This document shows, piece by piece, positions 23,856 to 36,500 of a stretch of 64,000 nucleotides of DNA. The notes below the pieces were generated by a model. That model saw only the letters and a list, made by a program, of their open reading frames with translations, did no database searches and was not told the DNA's origin. The stretch is from Macrostomum hystrix (Eukaryota > Animalia > Platyhelminthes), in assembly GCA_950097015.1 (NCBI GenBank), contig CATNEN010000029.1:7688001-7752000 (forward strand), read 5' to 3'. The stretch's first letter is position 1. The number at the start of each line of letters is the position of its first letter. Position numbers and translations under genes: made by a program.

Positions 23856-26794
23856 GGACTATAAAATAAAAATATTAAATGTGAATTCATTAACAAGACA
23901 TATTACTATACATTTATGTACAAAGGCCAGCATAACAGAATTGTCTTGTTGCTTTTTATGAGTTTATGATTGCTAAATTAATTTTCATTACTTTACAATT
24001 CCAGAAACCTGTAACACTTGAAAAAATCTTACTTTTGTCTGCTTTATTTTAGCAAAAAAGCTATTCGTTTATAGAGCCCACAAATAGATAAAAATAGACA
24101 GCTAGTTAAAATGGACAAATAAAGAAAAGTGTCAAACAAACTTTAGTTACTACAAACAAAAAAATGATTTTAATTAGGTAAAAATGCAATATGGATAAAA
24201 CTTTCATTGATTTATTAAAATGCCATAACTAAGGACACAGTGGGGCTTGTATGTATGTATCTAGTTCTGTTCCTAGGAACAAATCAACTGTCCCTAATAA
24301 TTGCCCATTCTATGCCTAGAGCCATAGCCATGCCCCTAGCTATGTGGACTTATGGTATGGCCACTGAGTCCCCAGCTCTGTGCATAGGGTCAAGGTAGCC
24401 ATATCTCTATTTATCTACTACTCCCTTGCCTGGGGACAAAGCAGTTGTCTCTAAATAATGGGCTTTAAATATACTAGGCCTAATGCCTATATTTACAGTA
24501 TATAATGTATCAGTTATTCTTTTAGTCTGCAATTGTGCAGATATGTATGTACCACAATATTAAGATTATTGTATAATGCCTGTAGTAGAAATGTTTAGTT
24601 TAGCACACTGTATGATGGCATATATATATATAGGCCTATATTGTTTTTAACACTTGGCAAGAAGTTTTTATTTACAACCACTAGCAACCAGATTGTATCA
24701 ATAATTGCTATATGCATCAAGAGAAACATTATAAATACACAAAATAAAGATATATGTATGTCCACATAATTGTGCTTTAGTATACTTTATTTAAAGCCCG
24801 TTATTTAGGGATACCTATCATGCCACAATGCCTCTAGATGTGGGAGTAGTAGGTATAGTGTCCCTAGGAACAAAGTTAGATGCATAGCTGCATAAAAATG
24901 CATAAAATGCATTAAAATGGTAACAAAGCAAGGAATATTCATCATTAGTGAAAGTTACTATTTATATTAAAAATGTTGCCATTAAGCATTGGAATTTTGC
25001 AGCTGAACTTGCAAAATATTTTTTAAGATCAGACTTAAAGAGCATAGCACTTGTGCCACAAAAATGAAGCAACATATAGATAAAGGGTACCGGCGATTGG
25101 TTCCCCTTTTATACAATTTGTTTGCCATTAAAATTTATACCAGAATGTGAAAATTCTAGGACATTTAAATGATCTTTGCACTATTTTTGTTGTAACCTAG
25201 ACATTTTGTTACAACTTGAGTAATGAAAATGTAAAAAGCGGTACCCAGAATTTCAGCTACTATGCTAAAAGTATTTTGGAAATATTTTACATACAAGATC
25301 AGGTAACACATGTAAAGAAGCCAACAACCATGACCATGACCGATCTCGACTTCGGATCATGTCTGCTAAAGTCTGCGCACATTTAAAATTTTACAAATGT
25401 GCTTTAGCATTTTAACAAAAATAGTAAATTTGAATATATCACTGATTTACGCATTTCTCCCCGAGAAAATCAGAAGAAATGTTTTTCAGCAGCAGTGTTT
25501 TAGTTCTAGCAGAATTTAAATAATCACTTAACGATGTGATTTATGTTTTATTCGACATAAATCATAAGTATTTAATGTATAAAGTAATGTAATACCAGTT
25601 ATATTTACCCTATTATGTCCAGGGACATAAGAATCTACCTAGTAGTCCCTGTTTTTGTCTAAATTAGTAATTTACTACAAATTATGCTAGTTAAACAAGC
25701 CTATTAACGCATAGAATATTACCTTTTACATATGAACGCAGATCCAATATTACCAGGCGAGGCAAAACTGTTTTCTAAACTTGAAAACAAAGCTAACCTG
25801 TCGGTGTACATACATATACGCCCATACAATAAGATGTATATAAATACTTTTCTTTATGTACGGAAATGCGCACATTCATGTACTAATTATTAGAAGGCCA
25901 GTTTACGTTACAGAAGCAAACTGCGGTTGAATAATGATTCTATTTTATGCATTCTAGCAGATGAATTAGGACTTTTTCAGATTATACTATGAGCTCGTAT
26001 TTGGATGAATAGTAAGTGGATTACTCGTATAAGCAATAAATTTTCTTCTCTTTCAAGCCTAAACTCGTGCTGAACTAGGCTATCTTTTACTACAGGTAAA
26101 CATATGCACTCCTCAATGTAATCTAGTAATAACAAGACAATTAGATACAGTACTTATTTTGACATGGTCAGAATAATAGAAACGAGGAAAAAAACTTGCC
26201 CTTTAAATTAAGAAATTAATTTGACATACGAAACGGCACAAGTATATTATGGCATGGCTAGCGTCGCTCGATAAATTTAAAGGGGTGGTAAAAAAGACAA
26301 AGGACCGGGCTACATCGCAGCGCACAATGCGTGACGATGAGATTGACGATGTGAATTAAAAGCTGTAGACAGAATAGATTTTCAACCAAAATTATATACA
26401 TTAAATATGAACTTGTTTGGTGGAAAATAGTTAAAAAATGCACACAATTAACATTGACGCCAACAAACAGTAGGCTTCCTAGAGACGCAATAGAAAAATA
26501 GACGACATGGACAACGGTGGATGGTCTGTTTCATTGACACGGCCAAGTTTAGCAAAAGAAAACGGACATTATTTCGCGATACACTTGTACAAATGGAACT
26601 TATTTTAAGCTTTAGAAACAAACATCAGTCACTCTTACAGTAACTGTTTTGTAGATATGATTTCTTAAATAAAATGTTGCTATCTGGCCAACTTAGCTAG
26701 GCTATATTCCCTGTTTATTTAATTTGTCGGAGCAGCGTATCACTTGTCCTCAAACAGCGGATTCCCAACGTGGTGTTGACATGACACTTACTCG

Positions 26795-27522
26795 TCATCC
26801 TTCTTCGCTCTCTTCCTCCTCGTCATCTTCGTCTTCCTCTTCATTGGCAGCATTGTTGCTCGACTTGGACCGCTTGGCGCCGGCCTTAAAGCTGCCCTGC
26901 TTGAAAGCAGCCATTTCCTGTAATGGGAAAATTAAGTAGTAAATGCTTTTACAAAATGTTTGTAACTATGCTATGTTACAATGTAAGTTAGCCAAGGCTG
27001 AAATGGCTACTTTACTGAATTTGGCTTAGAGCAAAGCACAGAAAAACTCACCTTCTCATATCGCTGTCGATCGCGAGCGGCCTTTTCTTCAAACTTCTTT
27101 TTGTTGTTGCAATGCTCCCAACGGCGGCCCATTTCCTTAGCGACATCGCCGACTCGCCACTCGGGATTCGCGGCACGCACTTTGGGACGCTCCTCACCGC
27201 AGAAGAAGAAGAAAGCAGAGAGTGGCCTCTTTGGCTGGTTGGGGTCCTTCTGCTTCTTGCGCTTGCGGCCCTTGTCTCCATCGACAGGCACGTAGGTCTT
27301 TATCTCGCGGTTAAACCGTTCCTTGTCGCGGGAAGCCATGTCCTCAAAACGCTTTTTCTCTTTTGGGTTCATTGTTTTCCACTTCTCGGCGCACTTCTTG
27401 GAGAATTCAGTAAACACAACTGGCTCATTAGGATGCTTCTTTTTGTGCTCCTCGCGAATAACTTGCACGAAGCAAGCGTAGGCAGTCATGGCGCCCTTGG
27501 GCTTTGCTGCGTCCTTAACCAT
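26795..27522 (-). CDS. HMGB: HMG-box protein of the HMGB1/2/3 type (two HMG boxes, acidic tail)
   Basis: Exon 27522-27052 (KPKGAMTAYACF; KDPNQPKRPLSAFFFF; donor GTGAGT, phase 0) joins exon 26917-26795 (EMAAFKQG...EEEDEDDEEEESEEG*). Confidence 0.96.
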
Positions 27523-28304
27523 TCTTCAGCTTAGCTCAGGCAGGGAAGCTGGCAGAACAGACTGATAAAAAAGAAGAATGGTAGCAATGCTTTATGAGGT
27601 CACCTTACTAGGCATCGTACTAGGCTTATAAATAAGATATTGCATAAGATAAGTTCATTCTTAGCTTCTGTCACAGCAGTGTGAACTTTAGAACTTTGAC
27701 TTTAGCTTAAAAATAAGGACAACCCTCAGTTTTAACTTGACTAGCCTTAACTTAAATTCAGTGTGGTGCATTCACAATTAGTAACTAATGCATCTTATAA
27801 ACCGATCTAGGCCGATGGCCTAGGCCTAGTAAGCTTATTAAGATTTTAAGCTGTTTGTAAGCTGTAATAAATACTTCAATTATTAGTCTTCTACTTGTAC
27901 TTCTATTATTAGGCCTAGTCTTCTACATTTACTTAATATTGCACTTTTACTATTCCTTTATTACATTTACCTACTAATGGAATACTTATTGGGCAGTTTT
28001 AGCTGTAAATAAAATTGACAAGAAACTAACTGCAATTATATGTTAACTACATAAGTTTAAAAGTTTAAAACCTTAAAAGGCTAGAAAAGTGTATTAAAAT
28101 AAGAAAAGGTTAGGTTCAGATGAAATGCAAGCATTTAGAATACAGCAAGTACTTACTTTTATCTTGTAAGACAAGAAAGTGGATCACAGGGATGCAGTTG
28201 TTTGGAGCCGGTCTGCTTGCGGACAGCGATAAGGGAAGATATTCAGAAGTAAGCAAAATGGCTTGCTTGAAGTCTTATGAAAAAAGAAACGATTCAACGT
28301 GATT

Positions 28305-28350
28305 ACTATTGGCTGCAATATATCACGTGATTAATAGACTAGCCAATAGA
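28305..28350 (-). promoter_or_regulatory. Candidate HMGB promoter: CCAAT box, E-box, CCAAT box
   Basis: ATTGG 28308-28312, CACGTG 28324-28329, CCAAT 28343-28347, just upstream of a putative non-coding exon ending in a GTAAGT donor near 28150. Confidence 0.4.
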
Positions 28351-29779
28351 AAAAGACGTATATAGTTTTAACAAAACTGCAAAATGAAGGCCTAACCGGT
28401 CTAAATGACACGTTTTTCTTACCGATGTTTAAACATTCTCTGATTATAACGCCCTAATTGCGATTTTTATATTTTCATGATCATTTGTTTTCCACGATGT
28501 TAAAAATATTTATTTATTTAAAAGACACGCCACACGTATAAAGCTAATTTCGTAGATCTATTGTAGACAATACATAGACTCCAAGAGATTAGATACACAA
28601 AATCATAAATATTTTTAGTGTTATAGATAAACTGGTAAACCACATTTTTATAAGTTATTAAGTCAATACTATATTAAATAGTAATATTAAATATTCTAAA
28701 ATACCGAATAAACATTGGATTTCAAATACTTGCATCACATCTCTAATCTGTAGTTTTTTATTTGGAATCCACTAATTTATTTGTGTATCTTATTAATTTG
28801 TCAGTTCTGAATTATTGATGGGTTTATGTATAATTTATGTAACATTTTAAGAAGTCAAGCATTTTATTTAGGACAGCCAAGCTAATTTCGCTAAGATATA
28901 AGATTTATCTTAAGCCTTTATTAGTTTTTTGTAACTCAGAAAACTCAGAGTTAGTAGGAAATTTAATATGCAACAAATTAATTGAAATAAATTCCTTAAG
29001 AAAAAAACGTTTTTCCTACTTTTGTTGAAGAAGTATAAAAAACACCAAAAGTTATCAAAGCTGTAATAAATAAAAATATAGAATTTAGAGATAAAATTAA
29101 AGCAAGTAATAGTCAAAGCATTTTTCCACTCGTGAAGTGTTTGTGTGTATGTGTGGGGCATCTCTGACAGTCATGAGCAGTCAATTAAGTAAAAAAAATT
29201 TATTATCAACATCATCATTTTGCTCTCTGCATATCGCTTTATAGAATATTTGTTAATATTCTATCAGAATTTTGTTTTTTTGTAGTTATTTTTTCATGTG
29301 TGTGTGTTAGTCACATATTTACACCTAGTAAGTTCTAGTTGTTTTAATAGAAAACTTTTAAGTTATGGTCTTACAATCGAAACGACAGATATGAAGATAC
29401 GGCAGCTGATCCATAATTGCAAACCTTGCTTCCCATTTTCTGTTGTTACTCTAAACTGGAACTAGAGGGAAAGAAAATAGAATAAAAAAATTGTTGGAAT
29501 TGATTCATTGATTGTTTTATTTGTTTTATTTGATTTGATTTGCTTGATTTTACTTATTTTGTTGATCCCTCATAGAAATGTTATGCACACTTTGTGAAAT
29601 TCCTCAATTTCTTAGCTCTCGTTTCTTATAGTCTTAAATCAGACAATTTTTTTCTTATATCGTATTTCGCTTAAATGTACTCCTTGGGTCCCTAAGTGGA
29701 ACATTTATCTATAAATATTTAATATTGTATATAAAAAATCAAAGCTTTACTATTAATACTAATAAATAATTACAGAACT

Positions 29780-30040
29780 AAGGGCACTGGCATGCACATG
29801 ATTTTGTGACAGTGGACCCTCAGCCAGCGAAGAGGCAATTCTGTGCATTCCACTGAATCCTGTGCGCACACGCACACAGATACCATACACAGGCACACAC
29901 TCAGGCAGCGCGTATAGTACACGGCAAACCCCAATCCTTCTTTCCACGGCTGCGCCCCAAATGAATATGGCCTCGCCGCAGATTCGAGCTCAGGGACCGA
30001 GGCAGACGCGTTGGACCGCTTTGCTACGAACCCCCCACCT
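29780..30040 (-). mobile_element. SINE family A copy with internal deletion
   Basis: Reverse-complement head (GAGCTCGAATCTGCGGCGAGGCCA) and 3' domain. Confidence 0.8.
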
Positions 30041-30526
30041 AGATGCTACATCGTGGTGAGAATGTTGAGGAACCAGTCTGGATTGAGCTTTAAGGGTTGA
30101 GTATTTGTTTTAGAAAAAATTATTTGCGATAAGTATTAGCGATACAGTCTTGTTTGATAGTTGTGTCTCATAAGTTGTTAGACTTCTCCATAGGCATCGA
30201 AAAGTAATAATAAGGTTTGTAGAGTAATTAGTTGCCGTTTATTTGAACAACACGCAGCTTGACTAAATAGTACGGGACAAAAAATTCAATAGAGGAAAAA
30301 AGTAAACACGTCGTGCTAACTGATCACAGACTTGGCAAATAACTTATTTGCAATCGAATAGATAATTAACAGAAGTATTTTTTTGATTTCGCATTGTCAT
30401 GAATTGGTCTTTTTAATATTTATGTATGAATCCGTTAAGTATATACATGCTTAATATTAAACAGTGCATTATGCCAGCTATTTGTGCTCTATCCGCAATC
30501 GTGTTTGCTCCAACGTACAATGGGCT

Positions 30527-33500
30527 TCAACTGCGTGACTCGCCAGCAGCCACTCCCTGCACCGACATTCCAGCTGTGGCCTGCATCGCCATCTCGATGT
30601 TATCGACTCGAGACGGTCCGTGCTTAATCAGCATGTAGATCTGCAGATTGGATTGTAAAAATCTATCAGATTTAGCTCGGCAATGACGATTCAGATGAAT
30701 ACCTTGATCGAAGGTACAACTACGAGTACGAGTACTAAAGTAGAAGGGCAGAAGAGTCTGGACTCTGAATACTCAATGCAACAGCTGCAGCTTTAGTACT
30801 TCAGCATGTGATATATGACGTGTTTTTCTATTGAATTTTTAGTTATTTAGATGCCATTTAAAGAGGATTTCAACAGTAGAAATACCCACGCTATTTTTCC
30901 CCTGGGGAAAAGCCACGGTGGTATTTCAAGTCACCACTACCTACTTCACGATATAGCTCCCAAACATAATCACCGATTTTCGTGAAATCGAAATTCTCCA
31001 CCTTTTACGATGAACATAATTTCAATAATCTGAGTCCATCTGTCGTAGGGACATTTGTTCTCAGCACGGCAACAAAAGCAGCCGTCTCTGAGATGCAGAT
31101 CGGGTGGATTTGTTGAAGGTCCCGCCGGTCACCGCCGGTTCTGCAGACAGTGATGAATTAGACCCTGGTGACTAATATGCCCACAACGAGCCGACGATTC
31201 GTTGATTTTTGGAAGATCGTCCACCGATGCATAGGATAGATATCACAATAATTGATCGGATAAAGCGGAAAATTTTAGCGCGTGTTCTGCACTTTTCGCT
31301 TGAATATTTTGGAAGATACAGGAAAAGAAATTGTGTATTAGAAATAATCACGCATGTGGTATTGCTGTTTATTTAATGAAATTAGTGTAGCTTTATTTTC
31401 CTAGATGGATTTTGTCTATGTCCCAGCCCAATCGCAAAATGCTATTTTTCGATGACATAAGAAAAGTAAGGACCACTAGAAGAAGATGGACGGGACACTT
31501 CGTTTCTTGGAAAAATATTACTCGTAAGCGCTGATTTTCACGTAAAAATGCACTAGCGAGATAGGAATTTTTCAAATTTTTCACGTTAAAGTGGTGATAA
31601 CTTCTTATTGCAAGCAGATCCAATGCTTTTCTTATGATATATCTTGCAAAACATGTTGCTTCAACGAATTTTAGAAAGTTTAATTTATGAATAAATGCCT
31701 GCGTATCTTTTTAAATCAACTCGAAGATCACATGCTCAAATTGCTTCATCTAGGACACTAATTGTCTCACCTTGCTCCCGAACACAAGCAGCAGTGTGGT
31801 GCTGGAGCACAGAATGATGCAGGTGGACACCAGCACAATGCGCAGCTCCTGGCTCCATGAGGGCATGGCAAACACTAGCACAACTCCAATGAGTCCCATC
31901 ACCAGGGTGTTGTAGACACAGACTCCAATCTTTTTTGAATCGTTGAGAGCATCCACCTGGACTGTGCGCGTCTCCCAGGCGAAGAAGATGCCGAAAATAA
32001 GTAGAAATCCTAGAGATAAAGAAGAAAATTAATTTGAATTCAAATTTGTGTTTTCGGTTGGCATGACTACTATGAGTAGTTGGCGTACCCTTGACGCCAA
32101 TCTCGATGCCGATCCAAATGTTCAAATAGTTGCAGACGCACTCGTCAATAGTTCCACGCAGTAGCGAGCCCTGGTCAGTTTCCTGAGGTTGTCGCAATAA
32201 ATGGGTTCTTTAAGAGTCACACGAGCTTAATCAAATAGTCCGAATGATACTCACCACGGCGAGCAGCACAGTTTTCTGCACTTGAATAGGATCCACAGCG
32301 GCCCAGATGCTCAGAATGGCAACGTCCACAGCCAGTACAGCCAGGATAACAGCGAACAGGTGTGAATCTTTGATGGCCTGATAATAATATTAAAAAAAGA
32401 ATTGCAGAATGACTGCAGGAAATTGCTCATCATTTGATATGCGAGGAGGCAATTCGGCCCATTTCGCTGACTCCCTGAGATGCACACACTCACACTGCTG
32501 TGTACATCTTGCTCTGATTTTCTCATCGTCAGGCAGTGCATGTACACTCTTACTGTCTTGGAGGTTGGCCCTCAAAGGGCAAGCCCCCAAGCCCCGCAAG
32601 CCTTATCTCCGTGGCTGCAGCCCCAAATAAATGTGGCCTCGCCGCGGAGTCGAGCTCAGGGATCCTGGTGAGAGAGGCAAACGCGTTAGCCGCTCTGCCA
32701 CTCACCCCACTTGATGACCTGATTGATTGAATGCAAGATATCTCGTAGCTTAAATATTTCATTTCTGTGTTTCTACTGTGAAATACTATAAGCCAGCGTG
32801 TGAGGCGGGTGTAGAAGGCCAGGGTGTGAGGTGTGTGTAGAAGGCCAGGGTGTGAGGTGGGTGTAGCAGGCCAGGGTGTGAGGCGGCTGTAGCAGACCAG
32901 GGTGTGAGGTGGGTGTAGCAGGCCAGGGTGTGAGGTGGAGGTGGGTGTAGCAGGTCAGGGTGTGAAGTCGATGTATGAAGGCAAGGCTTCCTAATATGTT
33001 GTACATTAGCTGTTTAGCTTAGTGCATGATCTTTTCACAGTTCAGTGACTATAATTATAAAATCGAGGGAGGTTTTACTCTTTAAATTGCAGCTTTGAAG
33101 AATGATTTTGAAGAATGAAGAATGAAGAATGATTAATCAACTAGAATCATGCTTATTCATCCGATAGAAATCACACGCGATAGAGTTTAAAATGCACACG
33201 GCCACTGCATCTTTTGTTACACAATCCAGGGTTTTCAGTAACAGGCAGCTGCATGCGTCTGTTGTTAAAAGACTTTAAACTTTTTTTACTTTTTAGTCAG
33301 TGAAGCAAAAGTAATTGGATTCGCATGCTCATTTGCAATCTTTACTTTAGTTTTTACGCCTTTGAAATAACCTCCTGTGTTCTTATAGATTTATCACAAT
33401 TCAGCCAACAGGAATTAAAATTCATTCTGAATAATATTTTCAAAGCCGAAAAATCCCACAGAAGCTTAACTAATACTTAGAAGCTTAGAAGCTTCACACT

Positions 33501-36500
33501 AATTCTTAGAAGCTTCACTAATCCTCATGAGCTTCAATAATCCTCAATAGTTTTACTAATCCTTAGAAGCTTAAAAGCTTCCTCAATCGTTTCACACCAG
33601 AAGCTTCACACTAATCCTCAGATGCGTCACTAATCGTCACGAGCTTTAATAATACTCAATACTTTCACAAATCCTCAGAAGTGTCACAGAAATGTCCACA
33701 GAAGCTTCATGCATCATAGCAAAGCTCGTTCGTGACAGGATACAGCATGGGAGGATCAAAATCATAGCATCATCACTATAAGTTGAGTCTAGTCCATAAA
33801 TTGGAGCACTAAAGGTAGTCCGCAGGTTTTACGTGTCTGAGGCATCATAACTTTGTCACGTCTAACTTTCCAGATCCAATTTCTGGAGTGCTTTTATTTA
33901 TAGATCGACAGAATGTATGTATATGCTGACCTAATTGAAAAAACGTAATCTTATATAGAACTTTATGGCGAATTAATGACCTTTGCGCCAATTCTGTGCT
34001 CAAATTTGGTTCGTTCTAAATTTATTCAATTCACTCCCTGCTGAGAGTTTTTATTCAGTTTAGAATAATATAATTCAAAAGAGATGTGTTCCCATAGTCT
34101 ATGGGTTCATGGAGTTGTGTTCCCACAGTCTATGGGTTGATGAAGTTGTGTTCCTGTAGTCTATGGGTTGATGGAGTTGTGTTCCCATAGTCTATGGGTT
34201 CATGGAGTTGTGTTCCCATAGTCTATGGGTTGATGGAGTTGTGTTCCCATAGTCTATGGGTTCATGGAGTTGTGTTCCCATAGTCTATGGGTTCATGGAG
34301 TTGTGCTCCCATAGTCTATGGGTTCATGGAGTTGTGCTCCCATAGTCTATGGGTTCATGGAGTTGTGCTCCCATAGTCTATGGGTTCATGGAGTTGTGCT
34401 CCCATAGTCTATGGGTTCATGGAGTTGTGCTCCCATAGTCTATGGGTTCATGGAGTTGTGTTCCCATAGTCTATGGGTTGATGGAGTTGTGTTCCCATAG
34501 TCTATGGGTTGATGGAGTTGTGTTCCCATAGTCTATGGGTTCATGGAGTTGTGTTCCCATAGTCTATGGGTTCATGGAGTTGTGTTCCCATAGTCTATGG
34601 GTTCATGGAGTTGTGCTCCCATAGTCTATGGGTTCATGGAGTTGTGCTCCCATAGTCTATGGGTTCATGGAGTTGTGCTCCCATAGTCTATGGGTTCATG
34701 GAGTTGTGCTCCCATAGTCTATGGGTTCATGGAGTTGTGCTCCCATAGTCTATGGGTTCATGGAGTTGTGCTCCCATAGTCTATGGGTTGATGGAGTTGT
34801 GTTCCCATAGTCTATGGGTTCATGCAGTTGTGTTCCCATAGTCTATGGGTTGATGGAGTTGTGTTCCCATAGTCTATGGGTTGATGAAGAACTCGTAGTG
34901 TTCTCATCGTTGATTCTAAAAGGTCTCAAATTGGGATTCGAGTGCACTAAAAAGACTCACAACTCGGCGCAGTTTGACGTTGGTGAAGATTTTGTGCACT
35001 CGCCAGGTCTTGGCCAGCATGGCGCCAAACGCGCACGAGTAGCCGAAGGCCAGCAGGGCGGCCTGCAGCCAGCACAGGGCGGCCCTGGTCTGCCAGAAGG
35101 AGTTCACTGCCATCACAATGCAGGAGGCGTAGCACAGTAGGCAGCCCAGGCCAATCACATTGTTCACGTAGGGGCTGCTCAGCTTGATGAGGCGCAGCTC
35201 GCGGAAGCGAAAATTCACCACCACAGCGGTCGCAGAAAGAGCCACCCCGACGGACGAGACGGCGATGACGGAGACTGCGCTGGGCCAGCTGAGCTGCAGG
35301 CGCTGGGTGAGCACCCCGGGACTGTCCACCGGGGGCGTCCCGTCTGACCCGGGTGGTGGCGGTTGAGATTCGTGAGAATTGTATTGAGATTTGTGAGAAT
35401 CGTGTAGATTCGTGAGAATCGTGTAGATTCGTGAGAATCGTGTAGATTCGTGAGAATCGTGTAGATTCGTGAGAATCGTGTAGATTCGTGAGAATCGTGT
35501 AGATTCGTGAGAATCGTGTAGATTCGTGAGAATCGTGTAGATTCGTGAGAATCGTGTAGATTCGTGAGAATCGTGTAGATTCGTGAGAATCATGCTCACC
35601 TGGAAACCAAATTTCGGCTGTCCAATTAGCCTTCTCTGTCGATGGATCGTATGTACCAACCAAATGGCGTTTCAGACCTACAAATTAGGCAGTACGTGTC
35701 AATTTCAGTCTAACAGGTGACAGTCTCGAATCTAACAGGTGAAAGTCTCGAATCTAACATGTGACAGTCTCGAATCTAACAGGTGCCAGTCTCGAATCTA
35801 ACAGTTGAAAGTTTCGAATCAGTTTAGCCGATGACATTGCATAGATATTTAATCTGTCAGAAGACACAAAATTGAAAACAGATAAATTGTGTCTCTAGGC
35901 GAAAGATTCTTGGCAAATAGACAAATTGATTTTAAGGTAAAAAATTCGCCGCTCGAGTACTTACCCCTGAGCTGATAGAACAGTGCCACAGATGACCTGT
36001 CTCCATTACGGTCGAAGAACACCCGGCCCTATAAAAAGAAATATTTTTTATGTTTTTGGTGTTTGTTGTCAGAACCTGGAATCTCACCCACATGGGCACA
36101 TACGCTCGTATTCTCACCGACAATCCCATGAAGTCGAGCTGCTTGAGGTTGTTAAACAAGGCCGCTTTGAACGAGGAATTATTGAGCTCCAAACTCTCGG
36201 TATAGTTGAAGCTTCGGAGCGTCTCATTCAAAGCAAGCGCGGCGGACATGACGGAGTCGAACCGCAGATCAAAGCCGTTGATTGTCTTCGGCGTAGCGAT
36301 GGGCGCGAAGCTGGGATAGGCTGATAGGAATGCGCTGAATATTTCGGCTAGGTCTAGCGAGGGATGGGAGAACAATACCGTTAAGTATCAGCTGAGACTG
36401 AGGAAAAGTGTCAGGTGATTTAGAAGTGTCAAATGAGTTAGAAGTGTCAGGTAAGACGGATAAGTGTCAGGTAAGACGGTTAAGTGTCAGGTAAGACGGT

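Noticed and set aside
27101-27534. Plus-strand ORFs over HMGB, and similar antisense ORFs over SGPP, COMTD1 and the LINE
   Set aside because: Shadow frames of GC-rich real exons.
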